Positions 14,029 to 27,805 of a DNA stretch of 64,000 nt are shown piece after piece. The notes under the pieces were generated by a model, which saw nothing but the letters and a program-made list of their open reading frames with translations, was not told the origin of the DNA and searched no databases. The stretch comes from Styela clava (taxonomy: Eukaryota), in NCBI RefSeq assembly GCF_964204865.1, contig NC_135253.1:15748001-15812000 (forward strand), read 5' to 3'. The translations under genes were made by a program, and so were the position numbers. The stretch's first letter is position 1. Every line of letters starts with the position of its first letter.

Positions 14029-14436
14029 TAGGACTGGGCCTTTCGAATCGAATATTCGAATCGAATAGTAAATTATCCGAATCGGTTAAGAGCTAAATTT
14101 CGAATCGCCGCCATCTTGTTTTTATCTTTCCACTAATGGTCGAGGTGAATTCCCCATTTTTTTTTTCATTGGAGTCATATTTTTTCAACGAAATTCAAAC
14201 ATATGACTATTTTCTGTAGTGAGTTATTGATGAAACGTGTTTGTTATTCTGTGTGAACGCTCAGTAATCTATCTGAGTGATTTATTCTATGTCTTCAGTA
14301 ATTCATTTGTTGAGAGGACCAATTACTATAATAAAGTCGCTTACAATTATATATTTTCAAGTATTCAAGATTCGATTAGAAAAAATTATTCGATTCGATT
14401 CTGAAATCACAAGGTAATCGAAAATGCCCAGCCCTG
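14029..14436. mobile_element. Non-autonomous hAT-type element
   Basis: Imperfect TIR taggactgggcctttcga / tcgaaaatgcccagccctg; 8-bp TSD ttcacgat (14021-14028, 14437-14444); subterminal ttcgaatcga repeats. Confidence 0.85.
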
Positions 14437-15661
14437 TTCACGATCCGACAGCAGAGTTCTTTATCATACCTTGAAATGTTCTTTCGAAACATATAAAAAG
14501 CAAAAATGAAATAGAATAAAACAATTTTAATGAAAATTTACGCATATACTTATATATAAATTAAAATGATGCTAGAAATAAAAGCGCATTACAAAAGCCA
14601 AGCCTTGTCTAGCCAATACCGGGTGTTAGATCAGACCCTCTGATTGAAGATAACTGGGAATTTAGTCGTTCGGACAATTTATTTGAACTGTGTGACGTGA
14701 ATTAATTTTATTAAAATCTATTCATAGCTGCACACAAAATTCATTTGAGCACAAGAATCTCATCCACTGGCCAGCAAAATTTTTTCACAAAAAATGAAAA
14801 CAAAGGGAGCCATCTCACATATATTATCATAGGCTATTGTGAATAAGTCTACCAGACAGTTTTAAAAGACTATTATAGTACTGCCTACAGTTGACTTGTG
14901 AAGAAACTGTCAATGATACAGTGCGTATATATCTAGAAAAGATAAAATGTGCTCATTATAGCTCATTTCTATTATAAAAATAGTTGTTTCATGCGTTAAA
15001 TATTGTAATAAGTCTATGCTATTACATTAGCTATCATACTTCGAAATCCCACATAGCCATACTAAATGACAAACTCTCCAGATAGAATTTCGAACATAGA
15101 TTAACTTCTTAAGTAGCGTTTTAAAATGATCATTATCAAGTCGCGATTCTGTTTTATGTCTTATTCTTAAAACTACTTGGTGTGAAGATATCATCTGAAG
15201 CAAATTTGCTCATGACTTGACTGAATTTTTACCGCTACATTACTTTGTACAGGTTATGCAATCGAACCTTGTGTTGAGTAAAAAAAAACAAGAAATATAA
15301 GACCATCTGTTTGGGTTCTCATTGTAACCTTCTTTAAAATATTACTAGTTTAAATGATCAAGCCATAGCTTTTGAGTTTGAATTATACCAAATTTGTTGG
15401 CAGTACTGTATAATATTCGATATGTATATATATATATAAATTATCACCACGTGACGTGAGATGATTTGTTATCCAAATTGAGAACAAAGTACCAAGACAA
15501 AAATTTTGTTAAATGCTCTCTTTACATATAGTAATTGGTATTAATTTATTTCAAAAAATTTTACCAAATATATATTTACAATCAAACATTACATTAAGAA
15601 TAATACATGCTATGTAATGTTTAACATTATGTTTTTTGTATCGAACATAAATAGGCAAATA

Positions 15662-16361
15662 CCGTATTTCTCCACGTATAATACAAATATGGGGGTGCGT
15701 ATTATACATTGGTCTAGTCTAGAAAATATCAAAAAATAATAATATTTATTTATGCTTAAACTGGCCAATAATTGTCGCATTTATTAATCTTAAGTTCTTA
15801 ATTTTATGTGGCAAAGTCTGTTAAAATCAGATCATGCTTGATTCGCTAGAAGCATACCCAGTTTAACAGCAATTTAGTAATGATAAAGGCGCAGAAAATA
15901 TGGTGAAATAAAAGGTATAAAAACACCCTGTACATTCGTTAACTTCTGTCATGTCTGGTCTGTTTCTCTCGTTTCGCCGAATCGGCAAAACTTTACCGTA
16001 ATAAATCACCATATGAGTGATCTACTTTGAAGTGCAGCGTCTGAAAACACATTCTGATATCGGGCCTTGTCAGCTTTTAAAGAGGGAAGGACAAATAACT
16101 TTACAAGGTAATTTAATGCCAAATACCATCACATCATTATTTGCAGATGTTTCACAGGCAAATACATAAAACATATTACCAGATATATATGGTTAACAAA
16201 AGGCAAGCAGACAGAATGCCTGAAACGCCGGAAAAAACATCTACATAGCAAGAGAGAGCGGAATTTTGATATGCGTATTATGCATGGAATTCTCGTTGAA
16301 AATGTACTAAAACCTGGGTGCGTATTATCTACGGGTGCGTATTATAAACGAAGAAATACAT
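15662..16361. mobile_element. Non-autonomous Tc1/mariner-type (Tc2/pogo-like) element
   Basis: Ends ccgtatttc / gaaatacat, internal gggtgcgtattat repeats, TA target duplication. The empty site ggcaaaTAtgttaaaatgtc is present in the duplicate at ~10935. Confidence 0.8.
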
Positions 16362-16851
16362 TATGTTAAAATGTCAAATACAAAAAAATGACAGAGCGTT
16401 CAATCAGTATATATTTACGGTTTAAGGGCTTGCTACATGCTGCCTCAGAAAGAATTCAATTTTCTACATGAAAATGACATCCAAATTTTGCTGTTGTCTT
16501 GTGACACAAAAAAACACAATAAATCATGACCATTTATATTTTTCGATATGATTTTTTGGCAGTTCCTATTAAATTCGTGCAGATGCTTTTACCGTAACAC
16601 TTTTTTCGCGAAAAACAAAACACAGAAATACCACACGGAATCACAATTACAGAACTCAGGTTCAAAGGTTAAAACTTGTTATTATGAAATGAACAAATTT
16701 GAGGGGATTTCCCTAGTTAAGTGTTTGCACTCAGGGCTGCCACGATCTGCAAAGTTTGGAAACAAAATTTGTGATTTTCAAGTCGGTTTTAGTTGGTTCT
16801 GCGTGCTGAAATAGTTGAAAATTAACAAGTGATACTTGTTAGAATCAGACC

Positions 16852-19087
16852 ATGCATATTACTACCTGCGAAATGCACACATGCGGCGAGCCGTTGAGAA
16901 TCATTGAAAATGGATTTCCAAATATCTCGGGGGAAACAATCTTGGAAAAGATCGCTTACATACGAGAAAATTGCGATGATATAAGGAAGTATGTATTTCT
17001 AAAATTGCAGAGTTAGTCATACAACATTTGCTCACATGGTTAAACTACTAGTGAAACTACTCGTCCACAAAATTAATTGATTACTTTTCATGTGTGGAAA
17101 ATTCCCTTCTGTAGAAAATCATGCAGTTTTTATTATTCATCAACATTTAGGCTAGTACTGTCAGATTGTGGTTAGTATATTTGGCTTTGGTGAAATTTAA
17201 AGTTATAGTGAACTTAATACAGAAAATTGTCATAATTCTGGAATTTATTTAAGGTTTTTGATGCATGAGCCTCGTGGGCATCATGATATGTATGGAACAT
17301 TGAGAGTTAAACCAGATTTACCAAATGCAGATGCAGCATTTATATTTATGCACAATGAAGGGTATAGTACAATGTGCGGACATGCCATCATTGCCTTGGC
17401 AAGGTAAAATATATAATTTACAGTTGTATTTATTTTTAAAATATGCACATATGCTTGTTTTCATGTTTGTGTTCATTTTTACATCTGGCTATTTTTTCTT
17501 GGGTATTGATGTATCACTGGCTCTCGCTTGTGTTTTATGACGAAGTAAGTTACCGTTTTTGGCTTATGAGGTGGGTTTCTCAACTTTTCTGCGTTTGTTT
17601 AGATTATAACAAAAATTTTCAGATACTGTGTTGATACCAATATAGTTGAAGCAAAAGAGCCAGAAACCTTGGTCAATATTCAATGTCCATGCGGGCTTAT
17701 TCCAACCTATGTTTCGTATAGTAATGGTCTATCTGGGAGAGTGAGGTTTCAAAGTGTTTCATCCTTTGTTTTGAAAATGGGTAAGAAAAAGGCATATGGG
17801 AATTAATTTTGTTATTATGTTGCTGTATTGTCTGTAGGTGCAAAGGTAGAATATATATGTAAAACCAGTGATGACGTAAGGATAATTCCTTATCCAAACT
17901 GATATCCCAATATTAAAAACTAGATGAACACAATGTACACATATCTAGATGTTAGAATATGTAATATAAAAAGACATCTCAATATAAAGCAGTTTTTGTG
18001 CACACCTATTCGAACAACAACCTTTTTTGATAACATTGTTATTTTCAGATGTCTGTGTAAATGTACCAAACATTGGTATGATCAATGTAGACATATCTTA
18101 TGGAGGAGCATTTTATGCCTTTGTTTCTACTGATGCACTTGGTTTGAAAGTTAAGTCTGGTGATGCATTGAAAGCTGTGGAAATTGGACAAGCTGTAACT
18201 AATGCCACTAAAAAGATTGTAAGACTATTGTTCAGAAGCATTTATAATTTGTCAAACTTAGATATGAAGGTATTACCTCAAATTAAAATCATATTCAACA
18301 AAAAAGCCTGTAAACCGGTATTTAGGAAAGACAAGTTTTTACGAAACAACGTAAAAGTGGAATCACCGATACATAAAAGTTATTATTTTTGTAGAACTGC
18401 TTATTAATATATGCACGAACATCATAGGTTAAAGTGGAACACCCAGAAAGTGAAGATCTCGGATTCTTATATGGCACTATAATATATGATAGAACAGAAT
18501 TGAAATCAAATGATTTGGTTCGACAAATGACAGTGTTCGCGGATCGTGAGGTACGTGAAATTAAACCTTGAATTTATATTACTATCAACAACTATTGTTT
18601 GGTCTCTTTTATTTAGTAGTAACATTGGAATTTGTGATTTAATTTTCAAGTTGGATCGAAGCCCGACTGGATCAGGAACAGCAGCTCACATTGCTCTGCT
18701 ATACGCTAAAGGTCTACTAGATCTAAATTGTGAAAAAACATTCCAGAGTATCGTCAATGACTCAAAGTAAGTAGTACTCAGTTTCAGATGTGTAAAAAGT
18801 TGGCAAGTCTCCCTTTAGTTTTACAACCACTAGTTTTCATGTTGATGCATTTACCGGACTAAGACTATATTTTTGATGCTTTTCCAGCTGTCATACGTAC
18901 CGGACAACTAAAGATTTCATATCTGTTCAAATTTTTAAGGTTCACTGGGAAGATTGTCAAAGAAGCCAAATGTGGAAACTTTAATGCCGTTATAGCAGAA
19001 GTGTCTGGCAATGCCTATTACATCGGCAAAAATTCGTTTACATCAGAAGATAAAGATCCTTTAAAGGCTGGGTTCACTGTCCGATGA
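16852..19087 (+). CDS. L3HYPDH: Trans-3-hydroxy-L-proline dehydratase (Cys/Thr active site), intact paralogue 2, seven exons
   Basis: [77 protein letters not shown]; all GT-AG introns keep the frame. Confidence 0.92.
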
Positions 19088-19354
19088 CTGCAAATTCAAT
19101 TATATTTCATCGATCATACCTACACCGGACTGCTTCTAATTAATCAACATTTACATTAAAATATCTTGTGTATTCTCTCATCAAAATTGCAATATAGAAT
19201 AAGACAAAAATAAATACATGATCATCACGAGTACGTTTGGTTATTTAGGCACATAGTGCGAGTTTTACTATCGTCCAATTTATATCCGTTTTTTCTTTCT
19301 TACAATGGCAAGCAGACTTACAAATCAGCGGTTTTAAATCAATAAGTTTTAAAA

Positions 19355-22300
19355 TTACATGGGTTCATGATTATTTAAAGGGTAGTGTTCCTTATATTTT
19401 TTGACATGTTCCCTCATTTCATTCATTTGTTTTTGTAAATGAGCTGGAACGTCATGATACACGTCCGTGAATAAATGTTTCGGCGAAGGTTTCAATCGTT
19501 TCTCAGATGCGGCAAATGCTTCCATTATCTATGAGAAATAAAAAATTCTTTACAGAACAAGACTGAGCCCCTAAACATCTTCTGGAGCGCCCAAAATATT
19601 GCATGTGTTGAGGGTAGTCATTTGATAAAAGTTAATGTCAATTAACTTATCAACTTCTCCACAGATAGCATATTAGGTGTGATTCCAGTATCAACTAACC
19701 TGTTTTCTGCTTAGCTTTTTCCATTCTTTATCCTTGTCATCATCCCATGCACCCCTCTTAGTTATGTATAACCTAAACCTGTTGATTGGATGATCCTTTT
19801 TATCCCAATAATTAACTTCATCAACAGATCGATATGCACTACTGTCATCACTGGTACTGTGGTGTCCAACTCTAAAAAGTATAGTAGAATAGGAAGGTTT
19901 ATAATGAATGACCTGACCAGCGAGGGGGGTTTGTGGAGTCTGGAACCCTACCTCTTATAGAGTGGAAAAAAAGCTTTTTTCTCTATCATACATAGCACGT
20001 TTTCCAGCCTGAACCCGCTAGCTGTTACAGTCCAATCAGTTTTAATGGAGTGTTTAGTAGGCCATGAACAAAGTTGCAGGTCAAGATCTGAATCTTGTAG
20101 CACTTACCTGTATGTCATTGCTTCAATTAGAACTGGTCTGCTTTCTTCCACAGCAATTTTTCTTGCTCTTTTAGTCGCATTATACACAGCAAGTAAGTCA
20201 TTACCATCAACTCGGATTGTTATGATACCATACCCAGGACCCCTGCCTCCTATACCATCTCCTCTGTATTGGTCAGATGTGGGAGTAGAAATAGCATAAC
20301 CATTGTTTCTACTGCAATAAACATAACGAATAATGTCCACAGATTGTCAAATTTGCAATGCTTTATTTAGTTGTAACCGCGGGTTACAATAAACACAATT
20401 ATATAATAAGACAAGAATATTGGGGTAAGGTGATTGCATGCAATTCTATAAAGATAATTATAATAATAAATATAAAAATCATACCAAAAAAATATACAAG
20501 GTGCATCTAATGTTGCTGCAAAATTAAGAGCAGCATGAGCATCACCCTCTGAAGCAGCTCCTTCCCCAAAGTAACAAATAACACATCTGTCAGGTTCTTC
20601 GCTTAGTTTAACAGCATATGCAGCACCAGCAGCCTGTCGCATAACAATTATTGGAATGTTTAGCAAGACCATTTTTAGGTATCTTGTAACAAATCGTTTG
20701 TAGTGATGTTGTATTTGTAGCTTATTTATATGCAGAGTATTGTGTGTTGGTTAACAATGGTATAAAAGCCCTAGGCTTTAACCGATATGAAATCACAACA
20801 AACTTTAGTATCTATCATCAGTGCAAATCAACAAATACTACGGGAGTCACTTGGATAGTCCCCAAAGTCGTAATCGAACTAAAATGAGGAGAACTGGAAT
20901 AAAATTATGACCTAACTCTAACCTGGTACACATACTACGCTCCGGTGTCCGCCATCTTGGTTCACATACTTGAGTACCCTATCATCTAAATTACTTTTGC
21001 CACACCATTACTTATAATCACACCGTCCAATTCATTGCAAGCCTAGCAGCAACTAGAATTCAGAATTTGACTAAAGGTGTCCATATCAATAAGGAACAAT
21101 TTGCAACTGATTTTGAATATTTTTATCCATTTAACAGCAATATCAGGATATACACAAATTTCACTTACAAATATATAAAAATTTATACAAAATTCAACAT
21201 AACATTGATTTTATTCCAAAAGGCACTTCATCAAATAAATCTTCAGATCAGAATAAAATATTGTACTCCGGACTTCCATAACTATGACTATATTTAAATT
21301 GAATACAAAGTCTAGTGTATACCTGTGGCATTTGTGTTGCAAGTGGAGAACTAATTGTGTAAAAATTAAGTTTTTTTGATCCGTAGTGAACAGGCATTTG
21401 TCTTCCTTGTGCCGGATCATTTATATTTGCATAACATTGGTCCATGAATTCACCCAATGAGAAACCTCTCCACATAAGTACACCTGTGAAAAAAATAAAA
21501 ATTCTATTATCACAAAACAACGATATTCTTGTTTTACTGATTAATTTGCAATATTCTACCTTCCACATCATCAAAATGTTTGATCAATAAAATGAATATC
21601 AAGTCAAAAACATCATGGCACTCTTACAGTTGGAATGAAGTTAGCCAATAGCATCCAAAGTTTGTTTAGTAAATAAGACCATTTCAATTCAATGATCAGT
21701 GTGTTGAATAGTTAGCTAGAACTTTGGTATGCGATATGGGAACCATAGAAAAGAAAAATAACCCTAATACATAATAAAATAATCTCATCTACCAACATCA
21801 TAAGACAATGATCCTCATTTTTAAGCAACTGGAACTGTGATATACAATTTATTGCAAGTGTTGACGCTTCCCAAACTTTCTTCCTTACCTGCTTCCCTAT
21901 ATTGTCCAAAAACTAGGTCTCTATCTTCTAGAGCGGCAGCACTTCCTACATGTGTGCCTTCTTCCCCATAGTTCGTCATATAAAAACTGATTCTTCCTTG
22001 TCTTTGAGATTCATACATGATTCTGTCCATTGAATTAAGCATTGACATGCTTTTGTACATTTTGACCAAAGTTTCATTGTCTAACTACAAAAGAGATTAG
22101 TGAATAATATTAATTTTGAATTGTATAAGTGAATATTGAGAACATGGTACACTACGTTGCTGTAAAAAAGCGCATTCAAAGGGTGGTTAACAATGAATTT
22201 CACCATCATTCAATACTTAGGTTTTATATAAAATGATTAACATCATAATCTTCCAGAGAAATTGGTTATATTCCAAACAGTAAATTCTTAATTTTAGGAA

Positions 22301-23126
22301 CAATTAAGATTATTTCAATCTAAAAGTTCAGATTCAGACAGACAATAGACTGCATTATCTTCTGGCATTGCAAAAATAGAAAATCAAATTTAATTCAACT
22401 ACTTCGCAGTCTGCATCTTATCAAATTATATTTATTTCTGCAAATTTCTCTGTTGAACATGACCGAACTTATTTCAAATTCGGTTTTGGCCACCCCTGTT
22501 TTTAATTGTCATTTTCCTACGTACCTGTGGGTCTTGAGTCTCGTCTATAATCGCTCCTTCCCTTGACATCACTCGATAAACAGGAATTCCATCTTCAGTA
22601 TTTGGTTCCAAAAACTCAAGTTTATGAACATATTCTGTTTTATATCCAGGATATTGTGGTTTATCATCAGTAGCTTCAATGCTATAAGAGTTCTAAAAGC
22701 AAAACAAAGGAAAGCCTTCACTACTAATATCTACAACTTCGCTAGGTTGTTTAGATACAAGGCTTGCTGACTGAGAGATCGTTTCAACTGTACAGTATAA
22801 AGTTCAGAATTTTCCTTCTCGTCATGCAATGGTATCACACACAACATTGCAAATTCCACTTCATTCATTCTCATTATTTTCTTGATTTGAATTAGGTATA
22901 TTGAAGTTTATGGTGTAACAATTTTTAAGAAAACAAAAACTCACCGAAAACTCGATAACATAAACAGACCAAACTGTAGCTTCTAATATACAAAACAAAA
23001 AAAATGTGAGATTCACTGTATGAAACCAACCTTCAAAAATAATGCAGGAATGCACTTTTTTGTTGAATTTTGACATAAAATCCCATATCTTGTTTTTGAC
23101 ACAGCTCGAGTCAACAATCGAAACAT
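19355..23126 (-). CDS. BCKDHA: Branched-chain alpha-keto acid dehydrogenase E1 alpha subunit, mitochondrial (8 coding exons)
   Basis: Transit peptide [13 protein letters not shown] (23126-23031), then [40 protein letters not shown] motif [14 protein letters not shown]...[24 protein letters not shown], ending [10 protein letters not shown]. Confidence 0.97.
20820..20978. mobile_element. Truncated copy of the ~230-bp Merlin-like MITE, in a BCKDHA intron
   Basis: Right arm matches 52081-52314; ctatcatc repeat at 20812-20819 and 20979-20986. Confidence 0.7.
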
Positions 23127-23844
23127 AGTTTCAAACCATACAAATCACATAGATTCAGTCTAGTTATCAACAATAACTGTAAAAATATAAACTCTTCATA
23201 TCAGATATATTACGAATACCAAATTAATATACCACTAGTATTTTCAAACAGAAATAGAGTAATTTGATATGAAAATAATAATTGCATCTCAGCTAGTGAA
23301 AAAATTAAATTCTTCGAGTCAATAACATTAAAAAATTATTTGACAATTTTGGGTATATATCAATGGAAATGATATGGCGCATACTTTTAAAATGATGAAA
23401 CAATCAAATATACCGTATATAGAATACTGCAAAAGAGAGTATTGCAAAATATGATATACAATTTGAATAATTGTAATTCCAGATTATTGGTTGCTTTAGC
23501 AAAAGGTGAATTCGAATAATGGGTAATGAGAATGTCAAAAAAAGTGCCCATCAATAAAACCATAATCTCCATGAAAATTTTTGACTTTTGGCAAAAATTT
23601 GTGAAAAATTCAAAATTCACCTAATGCATAATAATGCATCTTTACAACGATTCAAAATCCTCTATATGCATTGGCCTAATGACTACATGCATTCTCAGAG
23701 GAATGAATATGAATTTGTGAACTATCTTGCATTTGCTGTCAACATCGATCTTTCGTGTCATAGTAAACAATTCAACTATATGTTAGTGAAATTTAAGTTC
23801 AACTTTGAACCCGATAAGAGAGTATCTTCAAATTTAAATGTATA

Positions 23845-25618
23845 TCATGAATCTATTTTATTCTTTAGGAGTAGATAATTTCTTCTGCTGTCAATTGCCT
23901 GTTGAACCCAAAATAATTCCATCACGATATCTCGCTTCCTGTCCAATAAGTGTTGCTGATCAATTTCATTAGAGGGAGATTTACACTTTTGTGAGGAAGT
24001 ATCTGAAAAAGGTACAGTATATATTGGACAATTAATGACAATTACAAAATGGTAGAGAAAAACATTGACAAATCATCATGCGAATGTACAAAAACAGAGA
24101 AATATAAAACTTGGTGGTTCGACGTTATAGAGACTTCGATGCATGCTATGATATCCCTACTCCCTACACATTGCCAAACGGTGATTAGAGTAAATATTAC
24201 AGTCCTCATTACAAATCATAGCAAACATACTTGACAAACATACATCAATACCATTCAAAATAATCAAAAATATAATTTTATAATTATTCTGAGTGTAATT
24301 AGTGAGCACAATTTTAGGCAATCACAATCTTCAGGCATGCATCAAGCCCATATCGGACAATTTTCAATATCATTAGTTCTGGGAATAGAGGTGGAATTAC
24401 CATAACTTAAGTTCACCTTTCAAATTTCCACGATTCTTTTTCAATGCGTTTTACCGAATTTTGAATAACAGAAGTAGCTTTAACAAACTTTGAACTATGG
24501 TACATTACAGCCATTTTCATACATTTCAGCCAGTATTCATCATACTATATCTATATCATACATCAATATGGTCAACTAGCTTTTCTTTCTTTTTCATTTT
24601 TGAGACATTACAAGAGTGAAAGTCTTCACACAGAAATAGTTCACAAAGTAACAAAAAATCCAAACCTGATGTTACATCAACTTCCAAAATCTCAGGTATT
24701 GAAGACCTCGTACTATTGGTTTTGTTTTCTTCATTTTGATCTACAGACTTTGAAACGACAGATGGCCTTTTCAAAATGTTCAATTTGTTATTTCTTGCTT
24801 GCTGATATTCAGTTTCAACGCCATCTATTTCTAAAACAACACTTTTATACCAATCATATATTTCTTGAAGCTTTTTCCTGCACTGATATCCTCTCCAGCA
24901 TGCCTGTGATAAATATGGTAGTAAGTTTGTTGAAGCCAATAATTTAGTTCTGTTCCTATGTGGGGAGATATAAAATATCTTACTCGTTTCAGATATTAAT
25001 AGTGGATTAATGTTGAGCTTTTATTATGTATATATTTATTGGTATTCGGTATTCACCTTACACTTTTTTTCACCGGGTACATTTGTTGTTCACTATCCCA
25101 ATAAACAAATAGTGATTTATACCTATTTAACTATCTAAGATCCTCCTGCACATGGCCAGGGTCATGTGTGAGTAGATGGCTGGACTTTTCACAATTGCTA
25201 TCATGGTTTCTCCATGTCAAAGCATGTTGAATACTATATTATTCCAGTACTGATGTAATTATTGGTGTATGATAGCTTATATGGTTAAGAAACTATATTC
25301 AATTTTCTCTCCACATAGATAAATATGAAAATCTCATTATATTCTTTAACCAATCGTTAAACTGGTGATTTATGGTTATGATAAAATGAAAGGTGCAACT
25401 TTGGTATGCGATCTCATCTGCTTAACGTAATCTCAATTGAGGAAGGACATTCTCATGGTCTTCAGTTTCTAGCCCCAACTAAATCACTGACATCACACAA
25501 CCACTGAGATTGCATACCAAAGTAGCACCAAATAAAGAGTTTAAAAAATCAAATTTATAAGATATAGTACCTGGATCTTAGTGACAGCATTTGCTACAGT
25601 ATCATCAATATCCTTCAT
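23845..25618 (-). CDS. IQCC: IQ domain-containing protein C-like (~147 aa; exons 25618-25571, 24903-24666, 24002-23845)
   Basis: IQ motif AVTKIQ/ACWRGYQCRK followed by YKSVVLEIDG, and C-terminal MELFWVQQAIDSRRNYLLLK, matching the IQCC blocks. Confidence 0.8.
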
Positions 25619-26834
25619 ATTCAGATCTATGTCACATATGAAAATTTTTATTTCGTACAAATTTTTTTAGAGCAGACATACACTTATTAATAAACACCTA
25701 TTATTATAAATAAGACAAACCAGATTTGTTATATCAAAAACATTCGGACAACAAAATACTACACAATAGTAATATGATGAGTACTGAATAACCGAGGTTT
25801 CAAGACTAATTTATATTAAATCAGTCAGTTTATCTATTAATTGGAAGAAAACAATGGTAATGGGTGTTATAACGAAGCATGCGCCATACATACATCATGA
25901 AACTTGCCATCATTACAAGCTACTAAGACATATTGTAATACAGTATTTTGAATATCCAAATAACAATATCCAGACTTAATTTTCATATAAATATTTGTGG
26001 TAAACAAAAATCAATGGAACTGGATGGATCATGGATCAATGGAAGTGTTGAAGATGAAATAGTGTTAATCACAGATATTTTGATATCATATTTTCCCATA
26101 TTAATATAGCCAAAATTAAAATTGATACTTCAATACTCCCAAAAACGCAGATATTGATAAAAAGAGACATTAATCAACCACTCTATTATTATATATTCAA
26201 GTTTCAAGAATTAACATTCATGGCGCTTATAACAAAATTTTTACAATATTCAAATTCTGACGATATTCTTAAAATTGAAATCATTATTTTCCCCAACTTT
26301 TAGTATTTACAAAGGCACCCCCAAGTGGAAAATATTAAGAAACACTGCGCATGTTTGATAGAATTTCATAAATGAATGGGGGATTGATGAATGAAAAGCA
26401 AATTGGTTTTACTTTACCAAATCACTGAAAGGTTTGTCGACAAGTAGAAGAATAAATATTAAAAATTCAGGCCTAGCATCTAGTTCTAACACAAGTTTAC
26501 ACTTGATAACTATCTTTAGCAGAGAAACAGTTCCAAATTATTCTTTGACAGTTTGTATTATTTACAAATTTACTGAAGAAAATATGTAAACAAATAGATG
26601 GAATTTTCAAACCAAATCGCACTAAATAAAAAAGCCTTAATTGAAGATACTGCAAACCATTCTAAAATATTAGTGCTCTGTTGTAAAGCATATAGAAAAT
26701 ACCCAAGTTGGTTATCAAATGTGAAGGGATTGTCATCATACTACTAAACAAATAGATAAGTACAAACTGATTATACAATACAGTAGCGAAAATGAGGTTC
26801 ACAGAATATTGTGGAACCAATACTATTGAATTCA

Positions 26835-27209
<375 letters not shown>

Positions 27210-27330
27210 CTAATATATCATTAATAACATTTATTTTAAAATTCTGATTGTGACAAAAAAAGGTGTTAATTTCACCATAACACTTTTCAAAATGTTGAGG
27301 CTAAGATATTTCTAGAAAACTAGAATTTGC

Positions 27331-27805
27331 GGGTCTCATGTAGTTTCTTACCTAACATACTTCTAGTGGGCGTAGCATAACAATTTTTTACGTGTCAATC
27401 CTAACCCCCACCTGCAGACCTGACTACGCCATCAAAAAATTATGTCACTACGACGTCACAGTGATGTAATAGAGCCCTTCAAACTATACAAACTGTCATC
27501 CAAGACGCGCAGACACTGCACCCGAAATCAAACAGCTATTTCTCTCGTTTTCTCATAGCTCAGTAGCTACGATCCCAATTGCCAATAGGATAGAGATCGA
27601 TGACGTTTGTCAGTTCTTCAGCGTCGGCAATGATGGCATTTCGGGCGATTGTACGTATATTTGGCAAGCTCTATGACGCGATTGTGATGTCGCAGTGACG
27701 TAATTTTTGGATGGCCTAGTCAGATGGGGGTTAGGATTGACATATCAAAAAATTATTATGCTACGCCTACTAGAAGTACGTTAGGTACGAAACTACACGC
27801 GAACC
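27331..27805. mobile_element. 475-bp MITE with ~140-bp TIRs, Merlin-like
   Basis: Ends gggtctcatgtagtttc / gaaactacacgcgaacc; flanking (a/g)gaatttgc duplication at 27322-27330 and 27806-27814. Confidence 0.85.

Larger units (their letters stand above)
9585..19190 (+). repeat. Tandem segmental duplication (~9585-13990 vs ~14000-19190) containing the L3HYPDH gene and its upstream region
   Basis: Shared non-coding blocks (tcataccttgaaatgttctt; cttggtgtgaagatatcatctgaagcaaatttgctcatgacttgactgaa; gctgttgtcttgtgacacaaaaaa), shared introns and shared 3' UTR starts. Confidence 0.9.

Noticed and set aside
17866-17905. Intronic GTGATGA...CTGA (C/D-box-like) with a small hairpin
   Set aside because: Only ~35 nt, no terminal stem, and absent from the paralogous intron.
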